A stretch of DNA of 64,000 bases from the NCBI GenBank assembly GCA_965267575.1, contig OZ254086.1:896001-960000 (forward strand). The letters run 5' to 3'. Positions 28,655 to 37,454 of the stretch are shown here, in pieces (position 1 is the first letter of the stretch; every line of letters begins with the position of its first letter). Under the pieces are notes generated by a model that searched no databases, was not told the origin of the DNA, and saw only the letters and a program-made list of their open reading frames with translations. A program made the position numbers and the translations under genes. Source of the DNA: Calditrichales bacterium. GTDB lineage: Bacteria > Calditrichota > Calditrichia > Calditrichales > J004.

Positions 28655-30772
28655 TTATTGTAATGTACCCAGCTGACGGGAAAACTGCCGCAAACCTTCA
28701 TCATCCGGTTTTAGTTGCAGTGCCCGATCGATCCATTGCCGCGCTTCGGCTATGTTGCCTGCCGCCGCCTGTATACGGGCCAGGGCGGCCATAAACGAAA
28801 TTTCTTCGGGATTTTGTCTCAATCCGTCCTGCAAAAGCCTCGCGGCTTCGTTGCCGCGTTGCTGGCGCAGTAAAAGCTGAACAAGGGCCGTCCGTGCGTT
28901 TACGTGTTGCGGATCAAGCTTAAGAGCTTCGCGGAAATCGCTTTCAGCGCGGTCCAGGCTTCGCGGCAGAAGTGAAAAGAGCTGGCCACGGTTAAAGTAA
29001 AGCGGCGCGTAGTCCGGACACATGTCAAGTCCGCGCTGATACCAGGTAAGGCCTTTTTGAAAACGCAGCGCCGCTTCACGCTGCTTTTGTGCACGGGCAT
29101 AGTCCTGGACGAGCGCTGTCTCCAGCAGCCCCAGCCGGTTATAGCCTTCGCAGCTTTCTTCAATGGCAAGCGATGCCTCATATTCGGCGCGCGCGCGCTC
29201 AAGGTCGCCCTCGCTGAAAAGCGCATAGCCGTAGTCCAGATGCAGCAGGTGCAGCGGCAAAGCACGATCAAAAATATAGAGCCTGGCCAGTTTTTCGGTC
29301 TGCTCGTTACCCACGCGGCGGTATGGTGCAACAGGACGACCGCTGTGCGTAAAAGGCCAGTGGTTTTTTAAGCGAAAGGCGGCCATGCCGGCCACTTCAT
29401 GCGATAAGATGGTCAGCTTGTTCATGTCCAGGTAAGCGGAATCGCTCAGGGCCAGCGACCAGTCCCACAACGGCGCAACGAGCCCTCTTTCGGACATGGT
29501 GAGAGCGATGGCTTTTGCCATGGCGTAATAGCCCAGCGCGTTGGGGTGTATGTGCTCCAGAATCAGATTTTCGCCGGGGACGCTGTCCGGTGATGTTTGA
29601 ACGAAGGCCGAAAAGACATCGGCCACGGGCAGGCCTTTGTAGCCGGCCACCTCCTTTATGATCGCATTAAACCGTGACGGTGCGCGGAAGCGGATAACGT
29701 CAAGATCGCGGGCGCGGATAAATGCTGAGAGCGCCCTGCTCTTTTGCCCTTTGGCCAGCAGGTTGCGGGCCAGCCAGTAATGCGCTTCGGCGTAGCTACT
29801 GTCTATTTGCAGGGCTACGTCAAGGTTGCGGATGGCGGCATCAGGCGCGCCTTCGTTGAAAAGTCTTTCACCTGCCTGAACCTGTTTTAAAAGCTCTTCG
29901 CGCGCCGGCTCATTCAACTTTTCCGCGGCTTGCGATCCCAGCGGTGGCAGATCACGCAGGTTGTCGGCCAGTGTGCAAAGCAGCAGCGGCACCTCTTTGT
30001 CTGAAGCAGCATCGGCCAGATCGAGCAGGTTGGCGCGGTAATGTTCCGCGGTGCGGTTCAGCAGGGGACTATCCAACGGTATTTCCGCATCCCGGGCCAC
30101 TGTGCCCATCAGCGTGGCCGGATCGATCACCGACCCGGCATCGATGGATTCGCCAAACAGGGAGATGTAGCTGTTACGCAGCAACAAAAACAGCCGGGAG
30201 CGCTGCAGGCCGAGAAAAAGACGCGTCAGCCCGCGGCTGTCAAACAACGTCAGCCGGGAAGCCGACCCCAAAGCGCCGTAAAATTCGTTATGCCCGCTGT
30301 AAACGATGAGCAGATCAGGCTCATAGCGCTCAAGAATTTCCAGCCCCATGTCCAGAACCGAATGACTGGTAATGGCCGTAACGCCGCAATTGACGATCTC
30401 GAAATCGCGCTGCGGATGAATGGATTCCAGAATATGGCCGAGCATGGCGGGAAAAGATGCGTTGGGCGGATAAGGCACACCCTGCGTGGTGGATGCACCG
30501 AGGCAGAAAATACGATAGGTTTGGGGATTTTTATCCAGGGCAAAGCTCTGGCTGCGCGGGTCCGGCGGCGTAATGCCTTTCTTGAAAAAATAACGCTGCA
30601 TAAAATTGGGGTTGAGCTCATAGCGCGCAGAGTCGCCGCTGCCTTTTGCCACAAACAGAGATGTATCGCCGCCGTAGTCCGCCAGGCGCAGAACACCCTC
30701 GGCTACAAGCAAAAGCACTACAAACAGAGCGACGGTTACAAAACTGAACAGAATTTTTTTAATTGGCGACAC
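28655..30772 (-). CDS. Membrane-anchored SGNH/GDSL-fold protein with TPR repeats (paralog 2)
   Basis: N-terminal TM; CLGASTTQG, NCGVTA, YSGHNEF and EHIHPN; TPRs. Confidence 0.85.
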   Translation of the reverse strand: MSPIKKILFSFVTVALFVVLLLVAEGVLRLADYGGDTSLFVAKGSGDSARYELNPNFMQRYFFKKGITPPDPRSQSFALDKNPQTYRIFCLGASTTQGVPYPPNASFPAMLGHILESIHPQRDFEIVNCGVTAITSHSVLDMGLEILERYEPDLLIVYSGHNEFYGALGSASRLTLFDSRGLTRLFLGLQRSRLFLLLRNSYISLFGESIDAGSVIDPATLMGTVARDAEIPLDSPLLNRTAEHYRANLLDLADAASDKEVPLLLCTLADNLRDLPPLGSQAAEKLNEPAREELLKQVQAGERLFNEGAPDAAIRNLDVALQIDSSYAEAHYWLARNLLAKGQKSRALSAFIRARDLDVIRFRAPSRFNAIIKEVAGYKGLPVADVFSAFVQTSPDSVPGENLILEHIHPNALGYYAMAKAIALTMSERGLVAPLWDWSLALSDSAYLDMNKLTILSHEVAGMAAFRLKNHWPFTHSGRPVAPYRRVGNEQTEKLARLYIFDRALPLHLLHLDYGYALFSEGDLERARAEYEASLAIEESCEGYNRLGLLETALVQDYARAQKQREAALRFQKGLTWYQRGLDMCPDYAPLYFNRGQLFSLLPRSLDRAESDFREALKLDPQHVNARTALVQLLLRQQRGNEAARLLQDGLRQNPEEISFMAALARIQAAAGNIAEARQWIDRALQLKPDDEGLRQFSRQLGTLQ

Positions 30773-30920
30773 GCTTCTTCCGCTGCTAAAAATGTAAAGA
30801 TGGTTATTTTAATAAAATCGTATTGCAAAAAAAAGACAGCGCCGGCTCTCTTTGGGGCCGCCCTTTACGCGTTTCCGTGAATTGCGTATTTTGCTTTTTT
30901 CTTTAAATGACCTGTCAACG

Positions 30921-32828
30921 ATGCACAAAAAAAGCCTGTTCCAGATAATTACTGTTTTTCTCGTCGTCCTTCTTCTGGCGCTTGTGGAAGGCGCGCTGAG
31001 GTTGTTCGGCTACGGGGATGATCTGTCTGTTTTTTACCGTCACCCGCAGTTGACGGACTACTATTTTATAAACCCTAACACCGGACGCCGCTATTTTCCT
31101 CGGGCCGAAGAGAAACCGCTGGTTTCGGGTGATGCGTTCCGTGTGCAAAAGCCGGAAAACGGTCTTCGCCTGTTTGTTTTCGGTGGCTCCAGCGCTGCAG
31201 GATATCCCTGGTTCCACAATGGCGCTTTCAGCCGCATGCTGCGTGACCGACTCAGCGATCTCTATCCGCAGCGTATCATCGAGGTGGTGAACGTGGCCAT
31301 GCCCGCCGTTAACTCCTACACCATCGTGGATCTGGCCGGCACGGTGGCGCGCTACGACGCGGACATTTTTTTGGTTTACGCCGGTCACAACGAGTTTTAC
31401 GGCGCATTAGGCGTTGCTTCTTCGGAAACAGTTGGCGGAAAGCGCTTCCTGATAAAAACCTACCTGGCCTTGCAGCATGTGCGATTGTTTCAGTTGCTGC
31501 AGGATGGCATTGGCGGTGTTGCCGGGTGGTTTGGCGGTAAAGCGCCCGCCGGCCGCGACGACCGTACTTTGATGGAACGTATGGTGGACGAGCAACGGAT
31601 CGCCTATGGCAGCGCGCGCTACGAAAAAGCCATGGAGATCTTCGGGCAAAATATGAATGAATTTGCGCGGATTGCGCGTGAAAATAATATCACCGTTTTT
31701 TTCAGCGAAGTTGTAAGCAACGAAAGTGACCAGCCGCCTTTTGAACCCGTTGAGAATACGCCCTTTACAAACACCTGGCTGGATTCGCTGCCGCAGTCGC
31801 CGGGCTATGACACGATAAAAGATTACCTTCAGAAGCAGCCCGGAGATGCTGCCCTGCACTACCGGCTGGCACGGCAACTCGCGCAAGACAGCCTGTACGG
31901 ACAGGCTGCGCGTCATTTCACATTTGCCAAAGACCTGGACGGCCTGCGTTTCCGGGCCAGCGAAGACATCAACAGGATCATTCGGCGCGTCGCCCGCACA
32001 CACAATTTTCCTTTGGTTCCGCTCAAGCAGCATCTGCGCGATCTTTCGGAGCACAGCCTGATAGGCACCAACTGGATGCTGGAGCACCTGCATCCCAATC
32101 TGCGCGGCCAGTTTGAGACAGCGAAAGCCTTTGCCCGCTCCATCGCGTCAGAAATAGCGGGCGGTGCTTCGGCGGCGAGCGACTCTCTCTATTACAACCG
32201 CCTCGGCGTCACCACAATCGACAGCCTGATCGCTGATTACCGCATCCGCGTTTTGATGGCGGGCTGGCCCTTTCGCGATAGCTCGGGGGTGCAGGAGGTG
32301 ATCAGTCGGTTTGTGCCGCAAACCGTTGAGGAAAAGCTGGCGCTGGACGTTTGGCGCAACAACCTATCCTGGTACGACGCCCACGTTCAGCTGGCGAAGC
32401 TCTATCTGCAACAGCAAAGCTGGCCGGCCGCCGAGGTGGAACATGAGGCGTTGGCAAAGGAGAGGCCCTACGATATCAACCTGCAAAACAGGCTGGCGGA
32501 AATATACATTCAGCAAAACAAACTGAATGACGCGCAATGGGCCTTAAGGCGTTCGCTGCAGGCCGGCGAGAACCTTTTTGCCTTGCGCATGCTGGGGTCA
32601 CTGCTGGTAAATGAGAAAAAACTGCCGCAAGGTATCGCGCTTCTGGAACAGGCCCTGGAAATGGATGCGACCGACAGACAGACACTTTACAATCTTTCCG
32701 GCGCCTATGCCATAACGGGCCGCTGGCAGGAGGCAGAGCAAAAGCTTCTGACTCTTCTGCAACATCACGCGGATTATCAACCGGCGCGGGCATTGCTGGA
32801 GCAGGTTCGGCAGCAGCTGAGCAATTAG
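30921..32828 (+). CDS. Membrane-anchored SGNH/GDSL-fold protein with TPR repeats (paralog 3)
   Basis: Start moved to ATG 30921 (MHKKSLFQII); VFGGSSAAG, NVAMPA, YAGHNEF and EHLHPN; TPRs. Confidence 0.85.
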   Translation: MHKKSLFQIITVFLVVLLLALVEGALRLFGYGDDLSVFYRHPQLTDYYFINPNTGRRYFPRAEEKPLVSGDAFRVQKPENGLRLFVFGGSSAAGYPWFHNGAFSRMLRDRLSDLYPQRIIEVVNVAMPAVNSYTIVDLAGTVARYDADIFLVYAGHNEFYGALGVASSETVGGKRFLIKTYLALQHVRLFQLLQDGIGGVAGWFGGKAPAGRDDRTLMERMVDEQRIAYGSARYEKAMEIFGQNMNEFARIARENNITVFFSEVVSNESDQPPFEPVENTPFTNTWLDSLPQSPGYDTIKDYLQKQPGDAALHYRLARQLAQDSLYGQAARHFTFAKDLDGLRFRASEDINRIIRRVARTHNFPLVPLKQHLRDLSEHSLIGTNWMLEHLHPNLRGQFETAKAFARSIASEIAGGASAASDSLYYNRLGVTTIDSLIADYRIRVLMAGWPFRDSSGVQEVISRFVPQTVEEKLALDVWRNNLSWYDAHVQLAKLYLQQQSWPAAEVEHEALAKERPYDINLQNRLAEIYIQQNKLNDAQWALRRSLQAGENLFALRMLGSLLVNEKKLPQGIALLEQALEMDATDRQTLYNLSGAYAITGRWQEAEQKLLTLLQHHADYQPARALLEQVRQQLSN

Positions 32829-32875
32829 CTTTTTGCAGAAAACACGGGTCTGAGGGGTAGCAGGCAGGCTTTCTT

Positions 32876-33298
32876 TCAGCTCATCTTTTCATAGTTGCTT
32901 TTATAATCGCCGCGGGGCTTCCAGTAGCTGGAGGCGTCGCCCCGGAAACCATCATCGATAAAGCGCTTACCGCTGAGACGAGCCACAAAAGCAATCGGCG
33001 TAACCACCAAAAAATATATCAGCGTTAAAATCACCCGTGAAACCAGCCAGCCTAATGCAAAAGCCAGTCCCATCCAGACTTTATGCAGCGGCTTTACCAC
33101 TGCCGGCGCAGCCAGCCCCACGGTAAACACCAGTACCAGCACTGCCAGAAAACTCTGCCAGAATCCGCTGAGGTCTTCGTAAAAATAGAACAGGATGCCG
33201 ATACAGATAACCATCATCAAAACGGCAAACTGGCGCAGGCTTTTCTCACTTTGATTTAGCTCGCCCAGCTCCTGGCGCACGTCTCTAATCCAGCCCAT
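32876..33298 (-). CDS. SxtJ-family membrane protein
   Basis: LRQF...PLHKVWMGLAFALGWLVSRVILTLIYFLVVTPI...SSYW; overlaps the carbamoyltransferase stop. Confidence 0.85.
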   Translation of the reverse strand: MGWIRDVRQELGELNQSEKSLRQFAVLMMVICIGILFYFYEDLSGFWQSFLAVLVLVFTVGLAAPAVVKPLHKVWMGLAFALGWLVSRVILTLIYFLVVTPIAFVARLSGKRFIDDGFRGDASSYWKPRGDYKSNYEKMS

Positions 33299-35102
33299 AT
33301 TGTGTCCTCCAGTCGCCTTCTTCTTTAAATTCGGGCTGGTCGTTTTTAAGCAATATATGATTACCTAATACCAATACATCCATTTCGGTGCGCATAAAAC
33401 AGGCATAGGCCTGCATGGGCGATTCTACTATCGGCTCCCCGCGCACATTAAAGGATGTGTTGACAATAACGGGACAGCCGGTTTTTTTGTGAAATTCTTC
33501 AATCAGCCGGTAATAACGCGGATTGTGCTCCTTGTTCACCGTCTGGATGCGTGCCGAATAGTCCACGTGCGTAACCGCCGGTATTTCCGAACGCGTAAGG
33601 TTAAGTTTGTCGATGCCGAACAGTTTTTTCTCGCTGTCGCTTATTTTTTTCTGTTTCTCCTTTTTCACATCGGCCACCAGCAGCATATAGGGACTTTCAC
33701 GGTCGATCTCAAACCATTCCGACACATGATCTGCCAATACCGAAGGCGCAAAGGGACGGAAGCTTTCGCGGTATTTGATCTTGAGGTTCATCTTCTTCTG
33801 CATTTCGGGGGAACGGGCGTCGCCGATGATGCTGCGGTTGCCCAGCGCCCGCGGGCCAAACTCCATGCGTCCCTGGAACCAGCCGATCACTTTGCCCTTA
33901 TCGAGGTGGTCGGCAACTTTAGACATCAGTGTCTTTTCATCATGCAGGTGGTACGGAATTGCCTTGCGGTTTAGAATTTCGCGGATCTGCTCGTCGCTGT
34001 AAGCGGGTCCGAGATAGCTGCCCTGCTGCGGGCTTTTGCCCTTTTTGGGTTTCGCTGCTTTGCCCAGGTGCTGGTGCCAGACCACCAATGCCGCGCCCAG
34101 TGCTCCGCCGGCATCACCGGCCGCCGGCTGAATCCAGATGTCTTCAAACAGGCCTTCACGCAGCAGCTTGCCGTTGGCCACACAATTGAGCGCCACGCCG
34201 CCGGCCAGGCAGAGATATTTTTGGCCGGTTTCCTTTTTTACCTGACGTGCCATGCGCATAACAATCTCTTCCGTTACATCCTGTACGGAGCGGGCCAGGT
34301 CCATCTCACGCTGGGTGAGGCGGCTTTCGGGGCTGCGTGGCGGTCCGTCAAAAAGTGTGTTGAATTTGCGGTTGGTCATGGTTAGCCCGACGGGATAGTT
34401 AAAGTACTCCATGTTAAGCCGGAAAGAGCCGTCTTCTTTCAGGTCCACAAGGTTTTCGAGAATGGTTTTTACGTAACGCGGTTCACCGTAAGGTGCAAGG
34501 CCCATCACCTTGTATTCACCGGAGTTTACCTTAAAGCCGGTATAATAGGTAAAAGCGGAATAGAGCAATCCCAGCGAATGCGGGAAATCCATTTCGGCCA
34601 TAATAGTGACGCGGTTGCCCTTGCCTACGCCATAGGTGGAGGTGGCCCATTCGCCCACGCCATCCACGGTGAGAAAGGCGGCCTGATTAAAGGGCGACGG
34701 GAAAAAAGCGGAAGCGGCGTGCGACTCATGGTGCTCGGGGAACAGCACGTCGCCTTCAAAGCCCAGCTCCTTTTTTATTACATCGGGAATCCACAGCTTT
34801 TGGCGCAGCCACAGCGGCATGGCCATGATAAACGAGGGCAGCCCTTTGGGCGCGTAGTGCAGATATGTTTCCAGCAGACGGTTAAATTTAATGAAGGGCT
34901 TATCGTAGAAAGCCACGTAGTCGAGGTCGGCAGCGCTTAGACCCGCTTCACGCAGGCAATAATCGGCGGCGTATTTGGGAAAGCGGTGGTCGTGTTTTTT
35001 ACGGGTAAAACGCTCTTCCTGCGCAGCGGCGACTATTTTCCCATCTACAAGCAGCGCCGCGGCAGAGTCGTGGTAGAAGGCAGAAATACCGAGTATGTTC
35101 AT
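33285..35102 (-). CDS. NodU/CmcH/SxtI-family O-carbamoyltransferase
   Basis: ILGISAFYHDSAAAL, QEERFTRKKH, EHHESHAASAF, DGVGE, GEYKVMGLAPYG, GGVALNC, EFGPRALGNRS and NTSFNVRGEP. Confidence 0.96.
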   Translation of the reverse strand: MNILGISAFYHDSAAALLVDGKIVAAAQEERFTRKKHDHRFPKYAADYCLREAGLSAADLDYVAFYDKPFIKFNRLLETYLHYAPKGLPSFIMAMPLWLRQKLWIPDVIKKELGFEGDVLFPEHHESHAASAFFPSPFNQAAFLTVDGVGEWATSTYGVGKGNRVTIMAEMDFPHSLGLLYSAFTYYTGFKVNSGEYKVMGLAPYGEPRYVKTILENLVDLKEDGSFRLNMEYFNYPVGLTMTNRKFNTLFDGPPRSPESRLTQREMDLARSVQDVTEEIVMRMARQVKKETGQKYLCLAGGVALNCVANGKLLREGLFEDIWIQPAAGDAGGALGAALVVWHQHLGKAAKPKKGKSPQQGSYLGPAYSDEQIREILNRKAIPYHLHDEKTLMSKVADHLDKGKVIGWFQGRMEFGPRALGNRSIIGDARSPEMQKKMNLKIKYRESFRPFAPSVLADHVSEWFEIDRESPYMLLVADVKKEKQKKISDSEKKLFGIDKLNLTRSEIPAVTHVDYSARIQTVNKEHNPRYYRLIEEFHKKTGCPVIVNTSFNVRGEPIVESPMQAYACFMRTEMDVLVLGNHILLKNDQPEFKEEGDWRTQYGLD

Positions 35103-35197
35103 TCAATCCGTCTCAATTCAAAAAAAGATGAAATTAACACGGGGCTGTTTTGGGTGCAAGATTGTTTTAGTAGTGAATTTACCCGACGGCCTCGGTA

Positions 35198-35224
35198 TGT
35201 CGTTCCTGCGAAGGCAGGAATCTA
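35198..35224. repeat. REP-like palindrome, class B copy 1
   Basis: TGTCGTTCCTGCGAAGGCAGGAATCTA; near-identical inverted copy at 38216-38242. Confidence 0.75.
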
Positions 35225-35244
35225 CTGTAATCTTCCTGCAACTT

Positions 35245-35337
35245 GTTACGAAGACCGCATCCGCTAATCTTCGTAACGAGAGAGAGGCTTACTCTGCAAG
35301 TTGGTAACGGAGTTAAGCGATAGCGGTCTCCGTTACC
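35245..35337. repeat. REP doublet (REPIN-like), class A copy 1
   Basis: GTTACGAAGACCGC..CTTCGTAAC, a spacer, then the inverted unit GGTAACGGAGTTAAGCG..GCGGTCTCCGTTACC. Confidence 0.75.
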
Positions 35338-35344
35338 CCTCTGC

Positions 35345-36091
35345 TTAGTGTTTGATTGAACTGCGCGCGGCTTCTTCGGCCATCTCCTCGGCCAGTTCGT
35401 GGCCCAGGTAGCGGTCAATCAGGCCATGACCGAGGTAGATAAGCGGGGTGATAAGAATAGCGATAACAAGCTTGTAACTGTAATTGGTAACGGCAAATCC
35501 GAGGTATTGCGCCAGGTTAATTTTACCGGGCAGGTAAAAAGCAATCCCGAGAATAACGATGGAATCGATAAGCTGCGAAACGACCGTGGAACCGGTGGCG
35601 CGTAGCCAGATCATTTTGCCGCCGGTGCGTTTACGAAAGAGATGAAACACTAAAACATCCACCAATTGCGCCACAAGGAAGGCCACAATCGAACCCACAA
35701 TAATCCACATGGATTGGGCGAAGACCTGGCGATAACTCTCTTCGGTGACCGGCGAAATACCATCGGCGGCAGTTGGCAGCATGGTCAGGTAAATCACCAC
35801 AAAGGTGTAAATGATCATGGCCACGGCGATATAGGTAATGCGGCGCACACCGGCTTTGCCATAATATTCATTGATCAGGTCGGTGGAGAGGAAGACGATC
35901 GGCCAGGGGATAACACCTACGCTAAGAATAAACGGGCCCACCTGCGTGCTGAGCAAACCCAGGTTGAGATCAAAGAAGAAATTGGGATCTCCCAAAACGA
36001 TGAGTTTGCCACCGATGAGTTCGGCAATAATGGCATTGCCCACAAAAAAGCAGGCCAGGAAAAGAAACAGTTTTTCGCGCTTTGATTTCAT
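35345..36091 (-). CDS. yhhQ: Queuosine precursor transporter (YhhQ/Vut_1 family)
   Basis: TM protein with FLSTDLINEYYG, AFLVAQLVDV and WLRATGSTVVSQLIDS. Confidence 0.88.
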   Translation of the reverse strand: MKSKREKLFLFLACFFVGNAIIAELIGGKLIVLGDPNFFFDLNLGLLSTQVGPFILSVGVIPWPIVFLSTDLINEYYGKAGVRRITYIAVAMIIYTFVVIYLTMLPTAADGISPVTEESYRQVFAQSMWIIVGSIVAFLVAQLVDVLVFHLFRKRTGGKMIWLRATGSTVVSQLIDSIVILGIAFYLPGKINLAQYLGFAVTNYSYKLVIAILITPLIYLGHGLIDRYLGHELAEEMAEEAARSSIKH

Positions 36092-36102
36092 TGTGGTAGA
36101 TT

Positions 36103-36513
36103 TTAAATGATCAGATTTAATGCTTCTTCGGCCGTCAATATCTGTATCGCGGATTTTTTAAAATCCCGGGCATTGCGCGTAACGATGGCATCACAATTCT
36201 TGGTGCAGGCGGCTTCATACAATACGGCATCTTCAAAATCAGCGATCGGATTGTTAACGGCTTTTGCAAGAATGTCTTCATTAACCTCGGAGATACGAAA
36301 GAGGCTTAGCAGCGTTTTGATTGCTTCATCAGCCACCGTTTTGCTTTTCTCCTTTTCCACAAGATAGTGGATTGTTGTTACGGTGGTGGCACATAACCAG
36401 GCCAAAATCTTTTTGCCCTCCACATTGGAAACCAGTTGTGCTGCGGCTTCAGCAAATGGCGCGCGGTCCAACAGCAAGTCGAGAATTATGTTGGTATCTA
36501 GCAATAACTTCAT
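36103..36513 (-). CDS. PIN-domain toxin (VapC-like)
   Basis: LLDTNIILD...DFEDA...IVTRNARDF. Confidence 0.9.
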   Translation of the reverse strand: MKLLLDTNIILDLLLDRAPFAEAAAQLVSNVEGKKILAWLCATTVTTIHYLVEKEKSKTVADEAIKTLLSLFRISEVNEDILAKAVNNPIADFEDAVLYEAACTKNCDAIVTRNARDFKKSAIQILTAEEALNLII

Positions 36514-36752
36514 TTGTTTTTATCGCTGAGATATTTGCGATAATCTTCCTTTTTGACGTCCGAACCCTTAAGCATACCCCGCAAGGATTGCGTCATGGGA
36601 CCAACATCGTTTGGGGAATCCTTTTCCCGTGCACGAAGCTGTTGCAGGTAGTCCGAAACAATCGCAGATATTGATTTGCCCCGTTTGCGGGAATATTTTT
36701 TTGCAAAATCAATTAGATTATCTTCTATCCGTAAGGTAAGTTTTTTAGCCAT
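36510..36752 (-). CDS. Ribbon-helix-helix antitoxin (DUF6364-like)
   Basis: Start ATG 36752: MAKKLTLRIEDNLIDFAKKYSRKRGKSISAIVSDYL; 4-bp overlap with the toxin gene. Confidence 0.82.
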   Translation of the reverse strand: MAKKLTLRIEDNLIDFAKKYSRKRGKSISAIVSDYLQQLRAREKDSPNDVGPMTQSLRGMLKGSDVKKEDYRKYLSDKNK

Positions 36753-36822
36753 ACGATAAACCCTTGACGTACAAACAGCAAAAAGTATACGTATAATCCC
36801 AAATAATTGCAAAGGAGAAACC

Positions 36823-37290
36823 ATGCTAAAAGAAGGTCAAAAAGCGCCCGACTTTACGCTGCCCGATCAGGATGGCAAAACGCATTCACTGAGCGACTAC
36901 AAGGGTAAATGGCTGGTGCTTTATTTTTACCCGCGCGACCTGACGCCCGGTTGTACTACCGAAGCCTGCAATTTCCAGGAAGCTCTGCCCGATCTGAAAA
37001 AACTGAACACCGAGGTGGTCGGCGTTTCCAATGATCCGGTGAAAAGCCACCGCAAGTTTGCAGACAAGCACGATTTGCAGTTTACGCTGCTCAGCTCGGA
37101 TGAAAGCGATATGACAAAAAAATACGGCGCCTGGCAGGAGAAAAGCATGTACGGTAAAACCTATTGGGGTGTAGCCCGCATCACCTATATCATTGATCCT
37201 GACGGGAAAGTGGCGAAGGCTTATTCCAGGGTTAAGCCCAAGGAACACCACGCTGAAGTGGAGGAAGATTTGAAGGCGCTTCAAGGGTAG
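36823..37290 (+). CDS. bcp: Thioredoxin-dependent thiol peroxidase (BCP/PrxQ)
   Basis: APDFTL..LYFYPRDLTPGCTTEAC; AAGGAG RBS. Confidence 0.95.
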   Translation: MLKEGQKAPDFTLPDQDGKTHSLSDYKGKWLVLYFYPRDLTPGCTTEACNFQEALPDLKKLNTEVVGVSNDPVKSHRKFADKHDLQFTLLSSDESDMTKKYGAWQEKSMYGKTYWGVARITYIIDPDGKVAKAYSRVKPKEHHAEVEEDLKALQG

Positions 37291-37295
37291 CACCA

Positions 37296-37322
37296 AGATG
37301 CTGAAATAAATTCAGCATGACG
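37296..37322. repeat. REP-like palindrome, class C
   Basis: AGATGCTGAA-ATAAA-TTCAGCATGACG hairpin just after the bcp stop; single copy in the window. Confidence 0.55.
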
Positions 37323-37349
37323 AAGCACTATTTAATCTGGTAAAAGACA

Positions 37350-37447
37350 TTACGAAGACCGCGTTTGCTTAACTTCGTAACGAGAATAAAGGTGAACGCT
37401 AAATCATAAATCTGGTGGCGGAGTTAAGCGCAGCGATCTCCGCTTCC
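37350..37447. repeat. REP doublet (REPIN-like), class A copy 2
   Basis: TTACGAAGACCGC..GCTTAACTTCGTAACGAG, a spacer, then GCGGAGTTAAGCGCAGCGATCTCCGC; homologous to 35245-35337. Confidence 0.75.
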
Positions 37448-37454
37448 TTGTTTA

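Noticed and set aside
32876-35102. Saxitoxin biosynthesis cluster
   Set aside because: Only the widespread sxtI/J/K/L-like families are present; no sxtA, sxtG or other core genes.
36764-36797. TTGACG...TATAAT promoter for bcp
   Set aside because: The spacer is 22 nt, too long to call with confidence.
35245-37447. CRISPR array or IS ends
   Set aside because: No regular repeat-spacer periodicity, cas genes or transposase; the pattern fits REP doublets.
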